Translations under genes and position numbers: made by a program | In this document: piece by piece, positions 37,415 through 47,024 of the stretch | Layout: each line of letters opens with the position of its first letter | How positions within the stretch are numbered: position 1 is the first letter of the stretch | Notes under the pieces: generated by a model | Database searches by the model: none | What the model was told of the DNA's origin: nothing | Seen by the model: only the letters and a program-made list of their open reading frames with translations | Assembly: GCA_965199345.1 (NCBI GenBank) | Contig: CBDARA010000002.1 | Location: 984,019-1,048,018 of the forward strand | DNA length: 64,000 nt | Direction: 5' to 3' | Source: Acetobacteraceae bacterium | GTDB taxonomy: Bacteria > Pseudomonadota > Alphaproteobacteria > Acetobacterales > Acetobacteraceae

Positions 37415-38681
37415 CCCGCGATGGTCCGGGCGACCGTACGCCCGCCGACATCGTCGGCGATCGTCTCGGCGCACGGCCGAACCCGGCGCTGCTGCCGGCC
37501 GGTCTCCGCGACCTGCTGCCGCCCGAGGCCGAGGCCGAGGCGGAGGCGTTCGCCGCGATTGCGACCTGCTTCGCGGGCCACGGCTACGAGCGGGTCGAGC
37601 CGCCGCTGCTGGAGTTCGAGGACACGCTGCTCGCGGGCGCCGGCGCCGCGGTCGCCGAGGCGGTGTTCCGCACGGTGGATCCGGAAAGCCACCGGATGAT
37701 GGGGCTCCGCCCCGACATGACGCCGCAGGTCGCGCGCATCGCGGCGACGAGGATGGCGTCCGCGCCGCGACCGCTCCGGCTCGCCTATGCGGGCCAGTGC
37801 GTGACGCTGCGGGCGGGACAGCTCACGTCCGACCGGCAGATCCCGCAGGCCGGCATCGAGCTGATCGGCGTCGACCGGCCGGATGCCGACGCCGAGGTGA
37901 TCACCGTCGGCGCCGAGGCGCTGGCCGCACTCGGGGTCGAGCGCGTGAGCTTCGATCTGACCATGCCGCCGCTGGCGCCGGCGCTGATCGCCGAGGGCGG
38001 CGTGGCACCCTCGGCACGGGAAGGGCTGCTGCGCGCGCTCGATCGCAAGGACGTCGCGGCGGTGCGTCACCACGGCGGCGCGCTCGCCGACACGCTGGAG
38101 CGCCTGCTGCTCGCGGCCGGTCCGGCGCCGCGCGCGCTCGCGGTGATGGCCGCGGCGGAGCTGCCGTCGGGGTCGCGCGCTCTCTGCGAGCGTCTCCGCG
38201 CGACCGTCGACGCGGTGCTGCGGCGCGCGCCCGCGCTGCGCCTCACGATCGATCCGCTCGAGTTCCGCGGCTGGCGCTACCACACCGGCGTGCACGTCGC
38301 GATCTACGCACCGGGTCGTGCCGAGGAGCTCGGTCGCGGCGGGCGCTATGGCGGCGGCGACAGCGGCGGCGAGCCGGCCTGCGGCCTGACCCTGTTCCCG
38401 GCCGCTATCCTGCGGGCGGCGCCGATCCCGCCGAGGCGGCGGCGGGTGTTCCTGCCGGCCGGCACGCCGCACGCGGTCGGTGCCGGATTGCGGCGGATCG
38501 GTTTCGCGACCGTCGCCTCCCTTGGCGAGGACGCGGCTGTCGCCTCGCCCGGCGCGGGCGCGACTGCGGCTTCGCCCGGCGCGGGCGCGGGCGCCGGGGC
38601 CGCTGCGGTGGCCGAAGCGCGCCGGCTCGGCTGCACCCACGTGTTGAAGGGCCGCGAGCCGGTCGCGATCGGGGAGACATA

Positions 38682-38682
<1 letters not shown>
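37411..38682 (+). CDS. hisZ: ATP phosphoribosyltransferase regulatory subunit
   Basis: GTG 37411 overlaps the serC stop (GTGA). HisRS-like core ([14 protein letters not shown]..., [33 protein letters not shown]). Confidence 0.85.
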
Positions 38683-39971
<1,289 letters not shown>

Positions 39972-40184
39972 ACGATCGCGGGGCCGACCACGGCGCGGCG
40001 CCGTTACCGACGACGCGAAAGGTCCCGAGCCGCCCGATCGCCGGCGGGGACGTCGCGGGCGAGGGAGGCCGCCGGGCCGGGCGAGTTCACGCGCCGATGT
40101 GGTGGCCACCCTGACGCGTCGACCTTTCCTCGCGCGGGCGCCCCCGCGACCCGGCTGGGTCGCGGGGCGCATCCTCTCCTGGTC

Positions 40185-42260
40185 ATGCGGCCGATCGTCG
40201 CGACCGCCCGCCGCGTGGCCGAGCGGATGGGCACGCTTCATCGTTTGTTCACCGGCGGCGCGCGATGGTGGCAGCGGGCTTCGGAGCGTGCGGCCAGGAT
40301 GGCGGGATTGTCTGACCCGAACGCTGCCGGCAAGGGTTCGTCGCGCTTCAGCGTCGCCGCCGGCGACGAGGCCGCGTCGCCATTCGGCTCGCTCGTCGAG
40401 GGCGTCCGCCTCGCGCGCGACGACGGGCCGCCCGAGCGCACGGCGCATGGGCGGCTCTGGGCGCTGCCGGTCGCCTTCGAGCGCGTGCCGCATCCGCGTC
40501 TCGACACGCTTTGCCGCACGGAACTGCCTGGCGTGGTGATGCCGGTTGGACGCGTGGGCGCGCATGGGCGCGACTGGATCATCTCGCGCGAACCCGCCGG
40601 GCCGCCGCTCGCGATCGGCGCGGCGGCGCCGCTCACCGAAGCCGACGTGATCGGCCGGGTGCTGCGGCCGGCGGCGAAGACGCTGCGCGCGCTCGAGGCC
40701 ATGGCGTTGACGCACCGGGCCATCCGGCCCGGAAACGTCTTTCTCGCGCCCGAGGGCGGGGTCACGCTCGGTCCGTTCTGGCTGGCGCCACCGGCTTTCG
40801 GTCAGCCAGCGACGTTCGAGACACCCTGGAGTGCCGGCTGCCTCCCCGAGGGCCGCGGCGCCGGCGATGTGTCCGACGACGTCTACGCGCTCGGCGTGCT
40901 GGTGCTCGCGCTGCTCATCGGCGAGGTGCCGCTCGCAGGTTTGCCGCAGGCGGAGATCCTCGATCGCAAGATCCGCCTCGGCAGCCTGTCGGCCCTGCTC
41001 GGCGAGAAGCGCCTGCCGCCCACGCTGCACGACGTGCTCTCGGCGATGCTCGCGGATGAACCGTCGCAACGGCCGTCGCCCGAGCGACTGTGCGAAAGTC
41101 GCGCGATCGTCGGGCCGAAGATGACGTCGCGCCGGCGCGTCAGCGCCGCCGTGCCGCTGCTCGTCGGCGAGCGAGCGGTCTGGACGACGCCGCAGCTCGC
41201 CTCCCTGGTCGCGACGGATCCGGACGCGGTCAGGCGGGGTCTCCTGCTCGGTCAGGTCGATCACTGGCTGCGACGATGCGTCAACGAGATCGTGCTCGCC
41301 GAGCGGATCGAGGCGATCGTCCGGCCGGCGCATGGCCCGAAGCTGCTCGACAGCAAGGATGCGAACGTGGTCGCGACCGCGATGCTGCGGATCTCGCGCC
41401 TGCTCGATCCCGGCGCGCCGCTGGTCTGGCGCGGCCTGCAGCTCATGCCGGATGCGATCGGCGCCGTGCTCGCGACGCTCGACGTGCGCGGTCGGAGCGA
41501 ACGCGACACCCTGCTCGCGCTGCTGGGAAGCGACGCGTTCGAGATCTATGCCGAGACGCTTGAACAGGGCCCGGCGCGGGAGGCCACTTGCGCGCTGGCG
41601 GGCCGCCTGAGGAGCACGGCGAGGAGCGCGCTCGACCTGCTGTTCGTCACCTACGAGCTCAACCCGTCGCTCGCCTGTCGGTCGCCCCTGCTCGATGGCC
41701 GACCGGTCGTCACGCTGCCGCAGCTGCTCCCAGCGTTGGAGGAGGGCTTGAGCAGGAGCGGGCCGTCCACCGCGGCGTTCTCGCTCGACCACCATCTCCT
41801 CGCCTTCATCGCCGCACGCCGGCGTCCGCCGCGAGCACCGCACCGGATCGCGGGCGGTGCCGATCAGCTCCGTCTGCTGGCGTCGATCGCGCAGGAGACG
41901 CGGTCAGCGCGCTCGCCGTCGCTCGCGCGGCGTCTCGCCGAGTACGCGGTGACGACACTCCCGGAGTGGCCTGGCAAGGCGCAGCGGGCGCGCCGGGCGG
42001 CGGCACTCGAGGCACTGATCACCCGTGGCGACCTCGCGCCGCTTCATCTCATGCTGTCCGACGAGGGTGCGCTCCGGCGCGACCAGGCCGCGGCATCGGA
42101 GGCGCATGCGCGGATCGACGCCCTCGTCGCGGAACGGACGGCCATCGTTGCCGGTGACGCTCGCCGCCATGAGATCGCGCGCCGGTTCGGGCGCGAGGCG
42201 ATGGCCACAACCGGCGTCGCCGCGGTCGGGCTTGCCCTGCTGGCCGCGGTGATCCCGTGA
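40185..42260 (+). CDS. protein-kinase-like domain protein (predicted pseudokinase) with a C-terminal TM anchor
   Basis: Recognisable kinase C-lobe: LTHRAIRPGNVF (HRD Asp replaced by Ala), DVYALGVLVLALLIGEVP, MLADEPSQRPS. No GxGxxG or VAIK motif. Hydrophobic tail GVAAVGLALLAAVIP. Start uncertain (alternative ATG 40299). Confidence 0.6.
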   Translation: MRPIVATARRVAERMGTLHRLFTGGARWWQRASERAARMAGLSDPNAAGKGSSRFSVAAGDEAASPFGSLVEGVRLARDDGPPERTAHGRLWALPVAFERVPHPRLDTLCRTELPGVVMPVGRVGAHGRDWIISREPAGPPLAIGAAAPLTEADVIGRVLRPAAKTLRALEAMALTHRAIRPGNVFLAPEGGVTLGPFWLAPPAFGQPATFETPWSAGCLPEGRGAGDVSDDVYALGVLVLALLIGEVPLAGLPQAEILDRKIRLGSLSALLGEKRLPPTLHDVLSAMLADEPSQRPSPERLCESRAIVGPKMTSRRRVSAAVPLLVGERAVWTTPQLASLVATDPDAVRRGLLLGQVDHWLRRCVNEIVLAERIEAIVRPAHGPKLLDSKDANVVATAMLRISRLLDPGAPLVWRGLQLMPDAIGAVLATLDVRGRSERDTLLALLGSDAFEIYAETLEQGPAREATCALAGRLRSTARSALDLLFVTYELNPSLACRSPLLDGRPVVTLPQLLPALEEGLSRSGPSTAAFSLDHHLLAFIAARRRPPRAPHRIAGGADQLRLLASIAQETRSARSPSLARRLAEYAVTTLPEWPGKAQRARRAAALEALITRGDLAPLHLMLSDEGALRRDQAAASEAHARIDALVAERTAIVAGDARRHEIARRFGREAMATTGVAAVGLALLAAVIP

Positions 42261-42739
42261 GCGGGGCCACGGCCGTGATCAATCGGCGATCGCCCGCGCG
42301 TCGCCGGTCGTCGCTGGTCTGGATCACCGGGCTCGCCTCCGGCGCGGTGCTCGCGCTCAATCCAGCGACGGTCCTGCTGCTCGCGGTTCTGTTCGCGCCG
42401 GCCGTGCTGATGCGCGTGCTAGACGGGAGGGACGAGGGTGCGGCAGGTCGCGCGGTGCTGCTCTGCGACGCGGCGGCGAGTATCGCGCCGATGATCGCGG
42501 CGTGGCGATCGGGGCCGCCGACGTTCGCGGCGATATTGGCCACGCTGACGTCGACGCCGATCGTGGTACTGCCCTGGTTGGCGGCTTCGGGCGCGTGGCT
42601 CGCCAGCGAGACCTTCGGCCTACTCGTCTATCGCTCGCTCACGATCCGCGCCCGCCTCGCGACGGCGCGGCTCGATGCGGAGATCGGCGCGCTGCGGGAG
42701 GAGTGGGGCGCAGAGACAAAGCCCGGGTCCGATCGCTGA
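42257..42739 (+). CDS. hypothetical polytopic membrane protein, translationally coupled to the kinase-like gene
   Basis: GTG 42257 overlaps the upstream stop (GTGA). Has 3-4 hydrophobic segments and a helical charged C-terminus. No family recognised. Confidence 0.5.
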   Translation: MSGATAVINRRSPARRRSSLVWITGLASGAVLALNPATVLLLAVLFAPAVLMRVLDGRDEGAAGRAVLLCDAAASIAPMIAAWRSGPPTFAAILATLTSTPIVVLPWLAASGAWLASETFGLLVYRSLTIRARLATARLDAEIGALREEWGAETKPGSDR

Positions 42740-42841
42740 TCGGGCCGGCCCTGCGACTGCGTTCCGGAGCACGTTCAGCTGGACCGGAACCGGTCTGGCT
42801 GAAGGTCGTGCTCCATAAACTTAGTATTGAGAGTAACTTGT

Positions 42842-42882
42842 CTCGTATGGACCGGACCACGACATGGACCGGTCCATACGAG
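42842..42882. terminator. 14-bp perfect inverted repeat between convergent genes (possible bidirectional terminator)
   Basis: CTCGTATGGACCGG (42842-42855) and CCGGTCCATACGAG (42869-42882) with a 13-nt loop, next to an AT-rich patch. No clear U-tract. Confidence 0.35.
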
Positions 42883-42903
42883 GTTGCTCTATGAACTCCG
42901 GCT

Positions 42904-43788
42904 TCAGGCGGCTTCGGCAGTCCGCCGCTCGGCGACCTCGGTCTTCATCGCCTTCTGCAGCTTCTCGAACGCACGCACCTCGATCTGACGGACGCGCTCG
43001 CGGGAAATGCCGTATTGCTGCGACAGCTCTTCGAGTGTGGTCGGGTTCTCCTTCAGGCGCCGCTCGATCAGGATGTGGCGCTCGCGATCGTTCAGGGTGC
43101 GAAGCGCACCACCGAGCAGCGCACGGCGCCCGGTCAGCTCCTCGTGCTGCGCGAGCACCTGCTCCTGGCTTTCGCCCTCGTCGATCAGCCAGTCCTGCCA
43201 CTCGCCCTCGCTGTCGGCGCGAACCGGAGCGTTGAGGCTGTGATCAGGCGCGGCGAGGCGCCGGTTCATGCTGATCACGTCCTGCTCGGGCACGTCGAGC
43301 GCCTTCGCAATGCGGCCGACATGTTCGGGACGCAGGTCACCGTCCTCGATCGCCTGCATCTGCCCCTTGAGGCGCCGAAGGTTGAAGAACAGCTTCTTCT
43401 GCGCCGCGGTGGTGCCCATTTTCACCAGCGACCAGGAATGGAGGATGTATTCCTGGATCGCCGCGCGGATCCACCACATGGCGTACGTGGCGAGGCGGAA
43501 GCCGCGGTCCGGATCGAACCGCTTGACCGCCTGCATCATGCCGACATTGCCTTCGCTGATCAGCTCGCCGAGCGGCAGGCCATAGCCGCGATAGCCCATG
43601 GCGATCTTGGCGACGAGGCGGAGATGCGACGTGACGAGCTTGTGCGCGGCTTCCGAGTCTTCGCTGTCACGCCAGCGGCGCGACAGGGCGAGTTCCTCCT
43701 CGGGGGCCAGCATCGGGAATTTGCGGATGTCTTGAAGGTAACGGGAGAGGTTGCCTTCGGGGGCGACGTTGATCACGCTGGCGGCCAT
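42904..43788 (-). CDS. rpoH: RNA polymerase sigma-32 factor
   Basis: 294 aa from ATG 43788 (RBS AAAGGAG). Motifs RLVAKIAMGYRGYGLPLGELISEGNVGMMQAVKRFDP and the RpoH box QKKLFFNLR. Confidence 0.92.
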   Translation of the reverse strand: MAASVINVAPEGNLSRYLQDIRKFPMLAPEEELALSRRWRDSEDSEAAHKLVTSHLRLVAKIAMGYRGYGLPLGELISEGNVGMMQAVKRFDPDRGFRLATYAMWWIRAAIQEYILHSWSLVKMGTTAAQKKLFFNLRRLKGQMQAIEDGDLRPEHVGRIAKALDVPEQDVISMNRRLAAPDHSLNAPVRADSEGEWQDWLIDEGESQEQVLAQHEELTGRRALLGGALRTLNDRERHILIERRLKENPTTLEELSQQYGISRERVRQIEVRAFEKLQKAMKTEVAERRTAEAA

Positions 43789-44006
43789 CGACAAGGCTCC
43801 TTTCGCCTGCACCAACTCGGTCGGTTCGCGTCCCATAAGGTTCGCTCGACGATGCGGTTGCGCGGTGCAGCAACAGTGGGCGCAGAAGAGAGATCACGTC
43901 ACGGCGACCGGTTCGCACGACGGCGAGCCAATCACGGGACGGCAACCGGCGGCGTGCGCCCTTGTCGTCGGATAGAGCGCGTTCATACAGGACCGGTCCG
44001 GTCCTG

Positions 44007-45032
44007 TCAAACCTCATGTTGCAGTGCGGCATCGGCAAGCCCGGCGGCGCGGAGCAGAGAGAAGAGATCGGCAGGCGGAGGTGTCGCGAAGCGGAGCGCC
44101 TCGCCGGTGATCGGGTGGCGGAACCCGAGCGTCGCCGCGTGCAGCGCCTGGCGCGGGAAGTCCAGCAAGGTCGCGCGAAGGCCGGGCTCGAGCGCCGCGG
44201 CGGCACCTGGGCGGCGTCGGAGATAGACCGGGTCGCCGACCAGCGGGTGTCCCGCCGCCGCGGCATGCACGCGGATCTGGTGCGTGCGTCCGGTCTCGAG
44301 CCGGCAGTTGAACAGGCTGACGGCGCGACCGGCCGCGAGGCGCCGCCAGTGGGTTCTGGCCTGCTTGCCGCCTCCGTCGAGCACCGCCATGCGTTTCCGG
44401 TCGCGCGGATCGCGTCCGATCGAGCCCTCCCAGACGCCTTCGCTCGCGGCGGTCAGGCCCCAGGCCAGCGCAAGGTAGCTGCGCTCGGTGCGGCGGGCGG
44501 CGATGTCGGCCGACAATCCGGCCAGCGCCGCCGCGGATTTCGCGACGACCATGACCCCCGAGGTCTCCTTGTCGAGGCGATGGACGATGCCGGGCCGCTT
44601 CTCGCCGCCGATTCCGGGCAGGGTGTCGCCGCAATGGGCGAGCAGCGCGTTCACCAGCGTCCCGTCCTGGTTGCCCGGCGCGGGATGCGTGACCAGGCCG
44701 GCCGGCTTGTCGAGCACGATGAGATCGTCGTCCTCGAACAGGATCGACAGCGCGATCGCCTCGGGCCGTGGCCGGGCATCGGTCGGCGGCGGCTCCTCGA
44801 CCCGATAGGCCGCGCCGATCCGCACCGGTGCGGCGGCATCGCGGAACACCGCGCCGTCCAGCGTGACGTGGCCGGTCTCGATCAGCGCCTTGACGCGCGA
44901 GCGCGACAGCGTGCCGATGCGGTTGGCGAGGAAGCGGTCGAGCCGGACGCCCCCGTCATCGGCCGCGGCGACGGCGAGGTGTCCGGAGGCGGCGATGTCG
45001 GGGTCCGTGTCGTGATCGGGCGCGTCTCCCAT
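44007..45032 (-). CDS. rluD: RluA/RluD-family 23S rRNA pseudouridine synthase
   Basis: 341 aa. S4 domain (RLDRFLA...SRSRVKALI). Catalytic motif HRLDKETSGVMVVAK. Also GRTHQIRVH. Confidence 0.9.
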   Translation of the reverse strand: MGDAPDHDTDPDIAASGHLAVAAADDGGVRLDRFLANRIGTLSRSRVKALIETGHVTLDGAVFRDAAAPVRIGAAYRVEEPPPTDARPRPEAIALSILFEDDDLIVLDKPAGLVTHPAPGNQDGTLVNALLAHCGDTLPGIGGEKRPGIVHRLDKETSGVMVVAKSAAALAGLSADIAARRTERSYLALAWGLTAASEGVWEGSIGRDPRDRKRMAVLDGGGKQARTHWRRLAAGRAVSLFNCRLETGRTHQIRVHAAAAGHPLVGDPVYLRRRPGAAAALEPGLRATLLDFPRQALHAATLGFRHPITGEALRFATPPPADLFSLLRAAGLADAALQHEV

Positions 45033-45055
45033 CGGGGCCGTTTAGGAGCTTGCGG

Positions 45056-45439
45056 ATGCGCGTGGAAGGCCGGCCGGGGCCAGCGAAGGGAACGCGTGGC
45101 CTGCTCGCGCTGGTGGTGGCGCTCGGGTTGCTGATCGCGGTCGGCACCGCGGTGGTCCTGATCACCATTCTCCATCGCGCCTTGGCGCCGGCGCCCCGTC
45201 GCGAGCCGGTGATCGCGGCCGGGCCGCGACGCACGCAGGTTTCCGGCGTCCTCCCGGTGCCGCCCGGGACGCGGATCGGCGGGCTCGCGCTTGCCGGCTC
45301 GGGCGACTGGCTCGCGGTGCTGCTGCAGGGTGGCGGCGAGCCGGACCGGGTCGTGTTCGTCGACCCGCGGGACCCCGGACGGACGCTGGGCATGCTCTCG
45401 CTCGCGTCGCCTCCGGCACCGGCGCGGACGGCACCCTGA
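45056..45439 (+). CDS. hypothetical membrane-anchored protein
   Basis: ATG 45056 lies 7 nt after GGAG. One TM segment (LLALVVALGLLIAVGTAVVLITIL). Divergent from rluD. No family recognised. Confidence 0.45.
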   Translation: MRVEGRPGPAKGTRGLLALVVALGLLIAVGTAVVLITILHRALAPAPRREPVIAAGPRRTQVSGVLPVPPGTRIGGLALAGSGDWLAVLLQGGGEPDRVVFVDPRDPGRTLGMLSLASPPAPARTAP

Positions 45440-45491
45440 GCGATCGGGCTTGCGCCTGGTAGCGCGGTCGCGTATCCGACCCGCCGGCTTC

Positions 45492-45567
45492 GTCCCGTTC
45501 GTCTAGAGGCCCAGGACACCGCCCTCTCACGGCGGTAACAGGGGTTCGAATCCCCTACGGGACGCCA
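45492..45567 (+). tRNA. tRNA-Glu(CTC)
   Basis: GTCCCGT TC GTCTAGAGGCCCAGGAC A CCGCC CTCTCAC GGCGG TAACA GGGG TTCGAAT CCCC T ACGGGAC G CCA. Confidence 0.95.
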
Positions 45568-46065
45568 GTGCCTCGGAGGCACCGGGCGAGAGCGACGACG
45601 CACATACAGACCCGTCGCTATTCGAATTTCTTACGGCAACGGCGGCCTTGATCCAGCCCGCGAATATCGGGGGCGGCGGGCGGTCCGCAGGCGAAGTTCG
45701 TTGCCGCCGACGCGAGTGCGCCGCCGGCGAAGGGGCCGGGGGCGGTCGTGCAATGCTGGCGACGGCCGGGACGTTCTCACCGGTGTTTCAGATCGCCGAC
45801 GCGGACCGTGCGCTCGCTGGTCGCCGCGCCCGTCGCGCCCACGGGACCCTCCGCAGGCAGGCGGCGGGGCGGCGTCCTCACGAAACGACTGCGCTGTACG
45901 GGGGCAATCGGACCGCGACGGCGCGTGCTCTGGCGAGGCGAACAGAGCGACGCACCGCTCGCTGCCGCTCGAGTGGGTCTCGATCGACCGAGCCTAGGCT
46001 GTGCGCCATCGAGACTTCGTCAGAAAGGCACCGCGCGACCGCGGCGCTCGGTCGAATCGACGGGT

Positions 46066-46968
46066 TCACGCGACCGGTCGATCATTCCTACGGCGCAGCT
46101 CGCGGATCAGCGCGCTGTGGTCGAGCTCGCCGTCGCCATGCCGCACGAGGTCGGTGAACAGATCGTGCACCAGGGATGCGGCGGGGAGCTCGAGCCCGAG
46201 CGACGCCGCGAGCGAGAGCGCGGCGGCGCTGTCCTTGATCTGATACTTGGCCGGGCCGCCCGGCACGAAGTTGCCGGTGATCATCCGCTCGCCGTGCCGC
46301 TGCAGGATCACGCTGTCTGCGAAGCCGCCTTCCAGCGCCCGGCGAAGCTGCATCAGGTCGACGCCGCCTTCGCCCGCCAGCATCATCGCTTCCGCGACCA
46401 GCACGATGGTGCCGGCGACGATCATCTGGTTCGCGAGCTTGGCGAGCGCGCCCGTGCCCGCGCCGCCGACATGGACCGGACGGCCCATGGCGCGGAGCAA
46501 CGGCGCGGCCGCCTCGAAGGCCTCCGACGAGCCGCCTGCCATGATCGCGAGCGTGCCCGCTGCCGCGCCCGCCACGCCGCCGGAGACCGGCGCGTCGAGA
46601 TAGAGGACGCCGTGGCGCCGGGCGGCATCGGCCTCGGCGCGCGCCGTCTCGACCGGGATCGAGCTCATCACGATCAGCGTCGCCCCGGGCGTCATCGCCG
46701 CGAGCGCGCCGTCCGGGCCGAGCAGCACCTCGTCGCAAACCGGCCCCGACGACAGCATGCAGACGACCGAGGATGCGCCGCGGACCGCGCTCGCGGGATC
46801 CCCCGCCGCCTCCATGCCGTCGGCGGCAAGCGGCAGCGCCTTCTCGGGGGAGCGGTTCCAGACGGTGACGGCGTGACCAGCCGCGGCGAGGCGCCGCGCC
46901 ATCGGCGCGCCCATCAGCCCGGTGCCGAGGAACCCGACCTGCGTCGGCGGCACCGCGGCGTCGCTCAC
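46066..46968 (-). CDS. NAD(P)-dependent 3-hydroxyisobutyrate dehydrogenase-family oxidoreductase
   Basis: 300 aa from GTG 46968. Motifs GFLGTGLMGAPMA, DAPVSGG, ALAKLANQ. Confidence 0.88.
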   Translation of the reverse strand: MSDAAVPPTQVGFLGTGLMGAPMARRLAAAGHAVTVWNRSPEKALPLAADGMEAAGDPASAVRGASSVVCMLSSGPVCDEVLLGPDGALAAMTPGATLIVMSSIPVETARAEADAARRHGVLYLDAPVSGGVAGAAAGTLAIMAGGSSEAFEAAAPLLRAMGRPVHVGGAGTGALAKLANQMIVAGTIVLVAEAMMLAGEGGVDLMQLRRALEGGFADSVILQRHGERMITGNFVPGGPAKYQIKDSAAALSLAASLGLELPAASLVHDLFTDLVRHGDGELDHSALIRELRRRNDRPVA

Positions 46969-47024
46969 GCGACCCGCGCCCGCATCGGCACCGCGGCGTC
47001 GCTCACGCGACCCGCGCCCGCATC
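46949..47024. repeat. perfect 38-bp tandem duplication (2 copies) across a gene junction
   Basis: GGCACCGCGGCGTCGCTCACGCGACCCGCGCCCGCATC occurs at 46949-46986 and again at 46987-47024. I verified this base by base. Confidence 0.97.

Noticed and set aside
43789-44006. An RpoH-type autoregulatory promoter (CTTG-N17-18-CYTATNT) upstream of rpoH.
   Set aside because: Only a CCTTATGG -10-like element is present, with no CTTG at the right distance. Not supportable without transcription-start data.
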